Shown piece by piece: positions 1-8,875 of a stretch of 26,021 bases of DNA; position 1 is the first letter of the stretch, and each line of letters starts with the position of its first letter. A program made the position numbers and the translations under genes. The notes beneath the pieces are model-generated. The model was not told where the DNA came from. It saw nothing but the letters and a program-made list of their open reading frames with translations, and searched no databases. Source of the DNA: Nitrososphaerota archaeon (GTDB lineage: Archaea > Thermoproteota > Nitrososphaeria > Nitrososphaerales > UBA57); contig JACAFS010000007.1 in assembly GCA_013378385.1 (NCBI GenBank), positions 1 through 26,021 on the forward strand, written 5' to 3'.

Positions 1-1149
1 TGGAGATGGTTTTCCGTACCTCCATCAGGAGGAGATCCTGAATGGGGATTAAATGACGTAAGTAAGGGTAATATCAATCCATATCCTGGAGATTGGGGAA
101 ACACTGATTTGATTGGAGGAGGAGCTGTCTGGAGTATGTTTGGAGTGGATCATGAAGAGAGAACAATATATTTCACAACAGGAAGTAGTTCTGGAGTATT
201 TGACGCAGCATTAAGGCCTGGTCCAAATTTGTTTGCAAGTTCAATAATTGCATTAAATGTAGATAATGGAGAAATGAAATGGTATTATCAAGTTGTACCA
301 CATGACATAAATGACCATGAAGTTGGTTGGAGTGTAATTCTTGCAGAAACAGAAATTAACGGAGAAATGAAAAAAGTTGTAATGGCAGGTTCAAAAACAG
401 ACCATGTTTTCATTCTGGATGCCGATAATGGAAAGCCATTACATACGCCCCTTATGCTAGGAAATAATGCTTTCAATGTACCAAATGATGATGCAGGAAA
501 CAATGCAGATTTAACAATATCGCAGAGATCTTTAGTAGGCAAGTCATTTTGTCCTGGAGGAAACGGTGGAATTGAACATGCAGGAGCATTTTCATCAGGA
601 ATATTATACTACGTAAGTCAGAAAGTCTGTTGGACAGTTACAGAGGGACCGGTAGACTATAAAGGAAAAGATATTCAAGGATTCATTTATGGTTCGGTGC
701 CAGGGGAAAGGCAGAATTCAACGTTGTTCTCAATTGATGTAAATGACATGAGTATTAATTGGGTATTTGAAATGCCAAACCGATATCAAAGTTCAGGAGT
801 AATGGTCAGCGGAGGAGTAGTATACTTAGTAGACAGAGCTAGTGTAATGTACGCGGTAGATGTAGAAACAGGCAAGGAATTACGTAAGATACAATGGGGA
901 GGATTAGGAGCTGGAACAGTCACATTAGGTGCAACGGCAAGAGGTGATATGATGTTATTCGTGCCATCTGGAGGAGGTCAAGTTGCTGCAAATACACCCG
1001 GAATAATTGCAGCTTTCAAGTTACCAGATGATGGAACAGGGCAAACAAACATAATTGGAGATGCTCAAGAAAATATATTCATATTGATTGCATTAGCGGC
1101 AGTAAGTATAGCAATTTATTCGGTTTACAAGAACAAAAATAGAGGTTGA
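1..1149 (+). CDS. PQQ-repeat beta-propeller quinoprotein dehydrogenase-like protein; 5' end lies outside the window; C-terminal TM anchor
   Basis: Frame 1 is open from base 1 with no stop before the track ORF at 109, so the gene continues upstream. WYYQVVPHDINDHEVGWSVIL resembles the W-x-x-Q-x-x-PHD-x-WD-x-x-GV segment of PQQ alcohol/methanol dehydrogenases. Blade-like turns are present (ILDADNGKPL, VDVETGKEL). The hydrophobic tail IFILIALAAVSIAIYSVY is followed by KNKNRG. Confidence 0.75.
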   Translation, partial: WRWFSVPPSGGDPEWGLNDVSKGNINPYPGDWGNTDLIGGGAVWSMFGVDHEERTIYFTTGSSSGVFDAALRPGPNLFASSIIALNVDNGEMKWYYQVVPHDINDHEVGWSVILAETEINGEMKKVVMAGSKTDHVFILDADNGKPLHTPLMLGNNAFNVPNDDAGNNADLTISQRSLVGKSFCPGGNGGIEHAGAFSSGILYYVSQKVCWTVTEGPVDYKGKDIQGFIYGSVPGERQNSTLFSIDVNDMSINWVFEMPNRYQSSGVMVSGGVVYLVDRASVMYAVDVETGKELRKIQWGGLGAGTVTLGATARGDMMLFVPSGGGQVAANTPGIIAAFKLPDDGTGQTNIIGDAQENIFILIALAAVSIAIYSVYKNKNRG

Positions 1150-1150
1150 A

Positions 1151-1936
1151 ATGAACGAGGTATTAAGAAATAGTCACAGCGACGTGCGTTTTCTTAGTAC
1201 AAAAATAACACCGTTTGTAACTGCGGCGGTTTTGTTATTTTTATTATTGCAGATTGTACAAAGTGCAGGTTTGTCTCAATCGCAAATTGGTTCAGAAGAT
1301 GATCAATTTAGCAATAATGATGTTCCTTCAGGTTTTGGTGATGAGAATCTGTATACATTAGAAGTGAATATAATTTTAAAAGAAGAAGTTGAACCATATC
1401 TACGACCTGTCAATGAACAATTAGTAGAGATATTCTGGGATATGAGGGATTTAGAGACTCAGGAAATGAAGGAATTTACAGTTTCAGCGAATACCGACAT
1501 AGATGGAAAAGCAGTGTTTGATTTATTTCCTGGAGAATATACATTAAGAATAGACTATAACGGAATTTCCAAGAATGAATCAATTATAATAAACCCAGGA
1601 AATGAAAACAACGTCGATTGGGTAATATCAAAATATGCATTGAAAGAATATAATTTAGAATTTAGAGACAGAAATGGAGGAATCATATATCCAGAAGAAA
1701 CCATCAGAATGATATATACTGGACCGCCGCAATTAATTGATCCTTCTTCTATTCAATTATCTTCTGATTTAGACGGAATTAACTTAGTATTCAATGTAAA
1801 AGAAGTTACAAATAGAGCAGAAATTTCAATAATGGAGCTTAGTCCAAGAGAAAGTTTCATAGTTGGAATATTTTCGCCAGACAATCCTCCAAAAGCATTA
1901 ATCTATTCAATAGATGTGGATAAGAGATCAAGGTAG
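1151..1936 (+). CDS. Hypothetical signal-anchored extracytoplasmic protein with a beta-sandwich (carboxypeptidase-regulatory-like) segment
   Basis: The ATG lies 1 nt after the upstream TGA. N-terminal hydrophobic helix ITPFVTAAVLLFLLLQIVQSA. DIDGKAVFDLFPGEYTLRIDYNG resembles the P-G-x-Y beta-sandwich motif. No recognisable catalytic motif. Confidence 0.6.
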   Translation: MNEVLRNSHSDVRFLSTKITPFVTAAVLLFLLLQIVQSAGLSQSQIGSEDDQFSNNDVPSGFGDENLYTLEVNIILKEEVEPYLRPVNEQLVEIFWDMRDLETQEMKEFTVSANTDIDGKAVFDLFPGEYTLRIDYNGISKNESIIINPGNENNVDWVISKYALKEYNLEFRDRNGGIIYPEETIRMIYTGPPQLIDPSSIQLSSDLDGINLVFNVKEVTNRAEISIMELSPRESFIVGIFSPDNPPKALIYSIDVDKRSR

Positions 1937-1941
1937 TATGT

Positions 1942-2424
1942 ATGGAAATTATTTCAAGTTCTCTACTTATTCAGTTGCTGATTGCAGTTGTAATAGCTTT
2001 GGGAGTAGTAATTGTTTGGGGAATATATTTTCCTCAGATTAAATTAAGATCAAAAGGAATAGAACCAGAAAGAAAAGCTGCATTTGGAAGTAATGAGATG
2101 TTCGAACAACTAAATTATTTTAATTCTAGGGGGAACTTTAATGAAGGGATAGTATTCGCTTATAACCTATTGAGAAAGAACTTATCTAATATGGATAAAT
2201 ATCCAAATGATGATTCTCTGACTGAATATGAAACTATAAAAAAGACAGTAAGTGACATTCCTGAACTAGCTAATGTTTCGGCGTTGTTGTTATCAGCGTA
2301 TGAACAATATGAATTAGCAAGATTTAGAACAATAACGGATTCGGGGAATTTAGATAATATGAACAGTATATTAAGAGATATAACAGAAAACAACAATTTC
2401 ATACTACGGAGGAATGATCAATAA
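1942..2424 (+). CDS. Small membrane-anchored protein, DUF4129-like helical C-terminal domain
   Basis: N-terminal TM LLIQLLIAVVIALGVVIVWGIYF. The C-terminal LTEYE...LLLSAYEQYELARFR resembles the DUF4129 pattern (T-x-x-E ... Y-E-x-A-R-F/Y) that often accompanies MoxR/DUF58 genes. Assignment is from memory of the family, not a search. Confidence 0.5.
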   Translation: MEIISSSLLIQLLIAVVIALGVVIVWGIYFPQIKLRSKGIEPERKAAFGSNEMFEQLNYFNSRGNFNEGIVFAYNLLRKNLSNMDKYPNDDSLTEYETIKKTVSDIPELANVSALLLSAYEQYELARFRTITDSGNLDNMNSILRDITENNNFILRRNDQ

Positions 2425-2759
2425 TGGATATGTACATAATATTAACTGTGTCATTATCTCTGGCAGCAGTAGGTTATTCATTCATTAAAAGAAGAGAAAT
2501 TGATTCCTACATACAGAACAATCAGAGTAGTTTTACCTATGATGCGTTTTTAGATCTAAATGGTAAGGAACCAAACTATTATCGAGTAACGCAAATATTG
2601 CTACAAGAACTAGATGGTATAAATTTACGTCAAGAAAGTATAAACAATAATGATTTACGTATAATTTCAAATTCAAAGAGAATGGTGGAAAAGGGATTTG
2701 TAGATGAAAGGATGTTCACAAAAATTAAATTCTTACATTCGATGTATACTAGGAATTAG
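2424..2759 (+). CDS. Hypothetical small single-TM protein
   Basis: TAATG overlap with the upstream stop. N-terminal TM MYIILTVSLSLAAVGYSFI. No recognisable motif. Supported mainly by operon position and codon style. Confidence 0.45.
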   Translation: MDMYIILTVSLSLAAVGYSFIKRREIDSYIQNNQSSFTYDAFLDLNGKEPNYYRVTQILLQELDGINLRQESINNNDLRIISNSKRMVEKGFVDERMFTKIKFLHSMYTRN

Positions 2760-2771
2760 GAGTTGGATTGA

Positions 2772-3734
2772 ATGTTAGCAATGGAAATTCATGATAAAAT
2801 TATTGAACAAGTATCTGGTAAAATTATAGGAAAAGCGTTTGAGACCAGATTATTAACAATTGCTTTGTTAGCTCAGGGGCATGCAATAATTGAAGGCGTA
2901 CCAGGTATAGCAAAAACTCTATTAGCAAAATCATTCGCGAATATTCTTGAACTTGAATTTAAACGAGTGCAATTGACATCAGACATGCTGCCGTCAGATA
3001 TAACTGGAACATTTGTATTCAATGTAAAAGAACAAGAATTTTTCTTTAGAAAAGGTCCATTATTTTCAAACATAGTATTAGCAGACGAGATAAACCGAGG
3101 AATACCAAAAACACAATCTGCATTATTAGAAGCCATGCAAGAATACCAAGTGACTGTAGAAGGACAGACAGAAAAACTTTCTCAGCCATTTATGGTAATT
3201 GCAACTCAAAATCCATTAGAAATGAGAGGAACATATCCACTACCAGAGGCGCAATTAGACAGATTTATGTTCAGAATAATCATGGGACTGCCAGACAAAA
3301 CAGAAGAATTAGAGGTGCTAAATACATACGAAAAGGATTCAGAGAGAAACTTAGAATTCACTACGATTAATACAGATATATTAGCCGCAAGAGATGAGAT
3401 TAAATCAAATATAACAATGTCAAAAGAGATAAAAGAATACATAATATCAATAATGAATGCAACAAGAAAAGAAACAGAAGAAATTAATTTAGGAGCAAGT
3501 CCACGTGCATCATTGCATTTAATGCGTGCGTGTAAAGTAAATGCGGCACTAGATGGACGCGATTATGTAACACCTGATGATGTGAAATTGTTATTGTTTC
3601 CAGTACTGAATCATAGATTAATAGTGAATCCAGACTACTTACTTCGTAATACTAAACCATCAGAAGTGTTTAATTATTCAGCCATTAAAGAAATCATAGA
3701 CAAGGCAGCAAATAGTGTAAATCCTCCAAGATGA
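2772..3734 (+). CDS. moxR: MoxR-family AAA+ ATPase (AAA_3)
   Basis: Walker A GVPGIAKT, Walker B VLADEINR, sensor ATQNP, RVQLTSDMLPSDITG and LPEAQLDRF segments. The 320 aa length is typical of MoxR. Confidence 0.93.
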   Translation: MLAMEIHDKIIEQVSGKIIGKAFETRLLTIALLAQGHAIIEGVPGIAKTLLAKSFANILELEFKRVQLTSDMLPSDITGTFVFNVKEQEFFFRKGPLFSNIVLADEINRGIPKTQSALLEAMQEYQVTVEGQTEKLSQPFMVIATQNPLEMRGTYPLPEAQLDRFMFRIIMGLPDKTEELEVLNTYEKDSERNLEFTTINTDILAARDEIKSNITMSKEIKEYIISIMNATRKETEEINLGASPRASLHLMRACKVNAALDGRDYVTPDDVKLLLFPVLNHRLIVNPDYLLRNTKPSEVFNYSAIKEIIDKAANSVNPPR

Positions 3735-5026
3735 GAAAGTTGATAACAAGAAGAGGGTATTCAGTTCTCAGTTCACTCTTCGTGTTTATTACTATTTCTA
3801 TTATTGCAAGTGAATTTATGTTTCTAACAATATCTATATTTATATTTTCAATATTTTTGGTAGAATTACTAATCTTCATATTTTCAGTCAGAGAGCTATC
3901 AAGGGTAAAAATAATTAGAGAGATTTCAAGAAGAAGGTTGTTTGTTGGAGATATAATATCATCGTCGTTGGTTATTCAAAATGACGGATATAGAACAATA
4001 GGATTATTGAAATTGTCAAAAGATGTTCCAGAAGAATTTCAGAGTTTAGAAAATGTAAGTCCATATGCAATGAACTTCACACCAGGAGAGAAAATCAGAT
4101 TTGAATATAAATTGGAGGCATTACAAATGGGAAGAATTAATTTTGGGAAACTAGAATTGAATCTATTCGATAAGTTCGGTTTATTTTACAAGACAAGGGA
4201 GGTAGATAATAAAGATCTAGTATCCGTGTTACCAGATGTAAGGATAGGCAGAGGAAGAATTGATGAGAGTGTGCAAATAGGTTCACTTTCTTCTACAACA
4301 AGATCTAATCCCCTAGGCTCAGATTTTGCAGGAATAAGGGAATATACTTCAGGGGATGAATATAGAAGGATAGCTTGGAAATATATGGCAAAATCATCAA
4401 ATCAGGAACCAAGAATAAAACAATTTGATTTAGATCAGAAAATTGACGTGAATTTAGTAATACTGAATAGTAAATCTATGAACGATGGATCAATTGGCGA
4501 GAGAAAATTAGATTCAGTAATTCAGGCAGCAATAATGATATCATCAGTAGTAGATAACGCAGGAGGAAGGTTAAAGGTAATATTTAGTGACAATAATATA
4601 CCAAAGACAATAAGCGGAAATCAATATGAATTATGCAATAACATATATCAAATAAAGGCGGAAAGTTCATTCAATCCACAAACATTAATCAATCATGCAA
4701 TAACGTATGCAGATCCAGCTTCAATTTTTCTATTTGTTGCAGACAGTCCATTTCCAGAAGACATAGAAATGGATAATTTTAAGAGATTGTTTAATAAGAA
4801 CTTGGTCAACTTGTTTTTCTTAGATACTACATCGTACATATCAACAAAAAACAATTCTAAATTACAACAGAACATTTCAGTATTATTTGAGAATGAAAGA
4901 AAGCATTTACGAAAACAATTAGATATAGGTAGGCAGAAAAGGTTCAGAGTAGATTTATGTACAAAAGACAACATATCAAAGAAGATTTTAGAGAGTTTTA
5001 GCAGGATACAAATTCTAAATGAGTGA
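3731..5026 (+). CDS. DUF58 family protein (N-terminal TM hairpin, vWA-like C-terminal region)
   Basis: ATGA overlap with the moxR stop. Hallmark DUF58 motif DFAGIREYTSGDEYRRIAWK. Two N-terminal TM helices. The vWA-like strand VNLVILNSKSMNDG has N where MIDAS D-x-S-x-S normally has D. Confidence 0.9.
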   Translation: MRKLITRRGYSVLSSLFVFITISIIASEFMFLTISIFIFSIFLVELLIFIFSVRELSRVKIIREISRRRLFVGDIISSSLVIQNDGYRTIGLLKLSKDVPEEFQSLENVSPYAMNFTPGEKIRFEYKLEALQMGRINFGKLELNLFDKFGLFYKTREVDNKDLVSVLPDVRIGRGRIDESVQIGSLSSTTRSNPLGSDFAGIREYTSGDEYRRIAWKYMAKSSNQEPRIKQFDLDQKIDVNLVILNSKSMNDGSIGERKLDSVIQAAIMISSVVDNAGGRLKVIFSDNNIPKTISGNQYELCNNIYQIKAESSFNPQTLINHAITYADPASIFLFVADSPFPEDIEMDNFKRLFNKNLVNLFFLDTTSYISTKNNSKLQQNISVLFENERKHLRKQLDIGRQKRFRVDLCTKDNISKKILESFSRIQILNE

Positions 5027-5985
5027 TTGATATGGATACAAGATACAAATTATTACTTTTATTAGGAATTTCTCTGCCGTATATAATTCAGTTTTATTAT
5101 GTAGGATATTATAGATTTTTATTCTCTTTAGTAAGTAGTGTGTTTGGAGCAAGCCTGTATTCTTTTTCAGCATTAATGGCATTATTGACTATTTTTACTC
5201 TCGTAAATAGGATTTCAAAGGGTCCAGGTGCTTTACAAGATTCATTAATAATTACTACGCTGACAACTCCTGTAGTGTTTCCGTCACTAATCATGGTAGT
5301 ATTATTAATCACATCATTCGGAAGCTTGCCTAGTCAGTATTTTGGTGCTGCGGCAGACTTGTATCTAGTAGGAATAGCGTCAATGGTGATAGTTCTGCCA
5401 ATATTAGGAATAATTATACAATGGTCAGGCATGATAAAATCTCGTGGAACGCCATTTTCTCATATAATTTACACAATGATAATATTCAGTTTGTTGAATT
5501 TTGTAGCATTTAGTAGTTTCATAGGTGAAGGCATAAATCAACAATTAATTGGACATGGAACAAACATAGTACTTAACGCGATATTTATCATTCAAGTAAT
5601 AATTGCAAATATATTTCAGACAGATCTACCTGTTGCATCAAGGCTAAATCCGATTCAGCCATTTATTGGTACCGTACCCGTCAATACAATATTTGCATTA
5701 TCGTCGGCATTGTATCTGTATATGAGATTATTTGGAAGGCATACAATAGATAAAGTAGAGACAGATGGAATAAACACACAAACATTCTTGAATATGAACA
5801 ATTTAGGAAGAATAAGCATAACATTAATTTTTGCAATATTATTGAATTTTACTTTGATTTTAGGAATATCTACAATTATTGGATCAGTAGCAACAGTAAT
5901 AAAAACAGTAAGTCTGATGATTGTATCGTCATTCATAATAATCATATTATTTTATAGTTATCAATGGAGGAAAGAATTATCATGA
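5023..5985 (+). CDS. Polytopic integral membrane protein (about 8 TM), unknown family
   Basis: The GTG start overlaps the DUF58 TGA; an alternative ATG lies at 5032. The protein is almost entirely hydrophobic helices with no soluble domain. Confidence 0.6.
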   Translation: MIDMDTRYKLLLLLGISLPYIIQFYYVGYYRFLFSLVSSVFGASLYSFSALMALLTIFTLVNRISKGPGALQDSLIITTLTTPVVFPSLIMVVLLITSFGSLPSQYFGAAADLYLVGIASMVIVLPILGIIIQWSGMIKSRGTPFSHIIYTMIIFSLLNFVAFSSFIGEGINQQLIGHGTNIVLNAIFIIQVIIANIFQTDLPVASRLNPIQPFIGTVPVNTIFALSSALYLYMRLFGRHTIDKVETDGINTQTFLNMNNLGRISITLIFAILLNFTLILGISTIIGSVATVIKTVSLMIVSSFIIIILFYSYQWRKELS

Positions 5986-7676
5986 AAATATTTGTAATAT
6001 TTTTAGCGTTACTACTAATTATTCCATTAGCGCATTCACAAGTTCAGGTAGAGAATTCAGCAAGCTTTAGGATTGGTTATTCGTCGGAGAAATTATTTAG
6101 TAGCGATTTAGGAATGCTTTCATATGTACGTGGTGAAACAATCTGGTTACAGGTTTCTGGTTCTCACATGATTGAACTACATAATAAAGAAGGAATTGTA
6201 GTTTCAGGATACGTATATGATGGGCGTCAGACTTCAATATACACATTTGAAGAATCAGACATATTGGGAACGTGGAGATTAATCATTGACAACAGTGTTT
6301 ATGAGTTAGAATTAGTAGACCAATCATTAGAAGTAGAAGAAAATATTGTAGAATTCCTATTAATGAATGATTCATTAATCGTCAAGGGTGAAATTAGGCC
6401 TATATTTACAGATATTCCTCTAGAATCAGAGATAATTATAGCGAAAAATAGAAAATCAGATTTTACAACCGTGCAAACAGAATTAGTGATAGAACGAGCA
6501 AACACCAATATTGGAATAACATACAATGTTGGTGAGAAAGAAACAACACTATTCATACAGCCATATATAGACAACATTAGAAGTGAGGGAGAATATTCAG
6601 AAATCGGTCTACAGAACATATATGCCTGGGCAGAATTGACGTCAGAGATTGCTTTAGTAAAGAAAACTGAGAGTTCTAGATTTACTACCTATGTTGATGA
6701 ACCGATTGTTGAAACAGATAGAACTTATTTTGAGATAACTGATGTGGCGAGAAAAGGAATTAATATGACAATTCCAGGACCGGGATTGACGGATGAACCA
6801 TGGACAGTGCCACTCAAATATGGAAGAGCTTTATTGTCAGTATATCTGGAATTTGAGGGGCAGATATTTGTAAACAGAATACCTGTAATAATTTTAGAAG
6901 ACAAGATAATAATCAATCCAGAATTAATTATACCGGTAAGTTCATTTGAAGGCAAGATAGAGTATAGAGAAATAATAAGCATAGAGGAAAACATGGAATT
7001 AGAATTTCTTTTGATAAGTAAGATAAATGGAATAGATAGAATTTTTTATGATACAGACAGACCTGCTTTGACAAAAATTAATGTAATAGATAGAACAAAC
7101 AACGAGAAGTTGGATAAGTATAATATAGTATTTGAAGAGAATGTAGAAGCGATAAAGATTAATCAAACCACATACATTATTGGGAATCAAGAATTAATCA
7201 ATAATTTTGCATCGTCCTGGAGTATAACCAATGCGAAATTATTCATAAATTCGTTCAGCATATTGGATTCAATTTTGGACAGTAGAATGAATGAAGATGG
7301 AACTATTGAGATAATTGCAAATGTAGGAATAGCAAGAATTCAAGTAATTGATTCTACAGGCTCAATATCAGGAAATGGAGAGATAGTAATAAGAAAATTA
7401 GGTTCAGATATGGAAGAGTTTTTGATTACAGAATGGAATGGAAGCGATGTAAAAATAATATTACCAGAAGGAAGATATTTGGCCAGATTAGAAAGTGAGA
7501 ATATACAAGGAGAGACAGAATTTGAGATATCCATGGATGAGAAAGAGGTGTTAATCATAGTAGATTCAATGTATGGAATGTCAACAAACATATGGATTTT
7601 CATATTATCAACAATAATTACAATAGAAATCGTGATAATATACACGATTTGGAAGAAAAATATAAAAGGAATATAA
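5982..7676 (+). CDS. Large predicted surface protein: signal peptide, beta-rich ectodomain, C-terminal TM anchor
   Basis: The ATG at 5982 overlaps the upstream TGA (ATGA) and yields a signal peptide MKIFVIFLALLLIIPLAHSQ. The track start at 5964 is also possible. C-terminal TM IWIFILSTIITIEIVIIYTIW is followed by KKNIKGI. VKIILPEGRYLARLESEN resembles the beta-sandwich motif in ORF 1151-1936. Confidence 0.6.
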   Translation: MKIFVIFLALLLIIPLAHSQVQVENSASFRIGYSSEKLFSSDLGMLSYVRGETIWLQVSGSHMIELHNKEGIVVSGYVYDGRQTSIYTFEESDILGTWRLIIDNSVYELELVDQSLEVEENIVEFLLMNDSLIVKGEIRPIFTDIPLESEIIIAKNRKSDFTTVQTELVIERANTNIGITYNVGEKETTLFIQPYIDNIRSEGEYSEIGLQNIYAWAELTSEIALVKKTESSRFTTYVDEPIVETDRTYFEITDVARKGINMTIPGPGLTDEPWTVPLKYGRALLSVYLEFEGQIFVNRIPVIILEDKIIINPELIIPVSSFEGKIEYREIISIEENMELEFLLISKINGIDRIFYDTDRPALTKINVIDRTNNEKLDKYNIVFEENVEAIKINQTTYIIGNQELINNFASSWSITNAKLFINSFSILDSILDSRMNEDGTIEIIANVGIARIQVIDSTGSISGNGEIVIRKLGSDMEEFLITEWNGSDVKIILPEGRYLARLESENIQGETEFEISMDEKEVLIIVDSMYGMSTNIWIFILSTIITIEIVIIYTIWKKNIKGI

Positions 7677-7679
7677 TTA

Positions 7680-8801
7680 TCAGGTATTAGAATCTGCGTA
7701 AGAACGTGGAGAATGACCAACGTATTTTGCCCGAGGTCGAATTAATCTATTGTCATCTAGCTGCTCCAAGATTTGTGCACACCAACCGGATATTCGTGAA
7801 CAAGCAAACAAAGGAGTAAACAAAGTTGAATCGAGATTAAGCATTGAATAAACGGATGCGGCATAGAAATCAACATTTGGTTTTAGGTCTTTTTGTTCGA
7901 GAACGGTTTGTTCGATTGCATAAGATAAATCATACATATTACCGCCAAATTCATTTTGAAGATTTTTAGACATTTCCCGAAGAACAGTAGCGCGAGGATC
8001 AATAGTGAGGTATACTCTATGACCAAATCCCATGATTTTTTCTTTACGTTGAAGTTTTTCAGAGATGTAATTAGGAATACTTTCTATATCCTGAATTTCT
8101 TTCAACATCTTCAGGACTGATTCATTAGCGCCTCCATGTAATGGACCTTTGAGAGTTCCAATAGCAGACGTTACTCCAGAATGTACATCTGAGAGTGTAG
8201 AAACGGTAACTCGAGCAGAGAAAGTAGATGCATTGAATCCATGATCCGCATGTAGGATAAGACATTTGTCAAGACATTGTGAAGATAATTTATCAGGATG
8301 ATTTCCAGAGATCATATACAGGAAGTTAGAAGCGAAATCAAGGTTATCGTCAGGATGAATTATTTCAAGATTATTGCGTAGTCGATGATAGTATGACAAA
8401 ACAGTAGGCATTTGTGCAAGTAAGCGTATTGATTTATTCAGATTAGCTTGATGAGAATGATTGTCTTTATCAGAATCAAAAATAGACAAGTATGACACAA
8501 CAGTTCTGAGAAAATCCATGGTATTGGAATTAGATGGAAATTCCCTAATTAGATTAATAATTTTATCGTCGACTTCACGATTAGAATATATAAGATTTTT
8601 ATGTTCAGAAAATTCAGATTGATTTGGAAGGTTCCCATAAAAGAGCAAATATGTGAGTTCTTCAAAAGTACTATTTTCAGCTAAATCAGATATTTCATAC
8701 CCGCAATGGAATAAGTTACCCAATTCGCCGTTGATTGATGTTATTTTAGTTTGGGAAACAACTACATCAGCTAATCCCTTGGTTGGTTGGTCATTTACCA
8801 T
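7680..8801 (-). CDS. gltA: Citrate synthase
   Basis: LILHADHGFNASTF and GFGHRVY catalytic-His motifs and the C-terminal RPRAKYVG segment. The 373 aa length is typical of archaeal/small citrate synthases. Confidence 0.93.
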   Translation of the reverse strand: MVNDQPTKGLADVVVSQTKITSINGELGNLFHCGYEISDLAENSTFEELTYLLFYGNLPNQSEFSEHKNLIYSNREVDDKIINLIREFPSNSNTMDFLRTVVSYLSIFDSDKDNHSHQANLNKSIRLLAQMPTVLSYYHRLRNNLEIIHPDDNLDFASNFLYMISGNHPDKLSSQCLDKCLILHADHGFNASTFSARVTVSTLSDVHSGVTSAIGTLKGPLHGGANESVLKMLKEIQDIESIPNYISEKLQRKEKIMGFGHRVYLTIDPRATVLREMSKNLQNEFGGNMYDLSYAIEQTVLEQKDLKPNVDFYAASVYSMLNLDSTLFTPLFACSRISGWCAQILEQLDDNRLIRPRAKYVGHSPRSYADSNT

Positions 8802-8820
8802 ACATGTTAAGCGTTTTTCG

Positions 8821-8833
8821 TTAAATATATTAT
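8821..8833 (-). promoter_or_regulatory. Candidate TATA box for citrate synthase (leaderless geometry)
   Basis: The minus strand reads AATAATATATTTA, centred about 26 nt upstream of the ATG at 8801. Confidence 0.4.
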
Positions 8834-8848
8834 TTCAGTTTTGAATTC

Positions 8849-8863
8849 TTAAATATTTATATT
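8849..8863 (+). promoter_or_regulatory. Candidate TATA box for the ferredoxin gene (leaderless geometry)
   Basis: TTAAATATTTATATT is centred roughly 21-26 nt upstream of the tandem ATG ATG at 8876/8879. Confidence 0.4.
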
Positions 8864-8875
8864 GAATATAAATAG

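Noticed and set aside
2772-5026. MoxR considered as part of a vWA-MoxR NTPase conflict or defence system
   Set aside because: This is the classical AAA_3 MoxR plus DUF58 pair. No effector (nuclease, protease, TIR, pore-former) or VMAP-like gene is visible. The neighbours are envelope proteins and a quinoprotein-like enzyme, which fits a maturation or chaperone role better.
5964-5981. Upstream ATG (MEERII...) as the start of the large surface protein, and the TTG at 20566 as the start of ftsY
   Set aside because: The ATG at 5982 gives an ATGA overlap and a clean signal peptide. The ATG at 20584 is a canonical start giving MLDKVKNAV. The upstream alternatives cannot be excluded without TSS or proteomic data.
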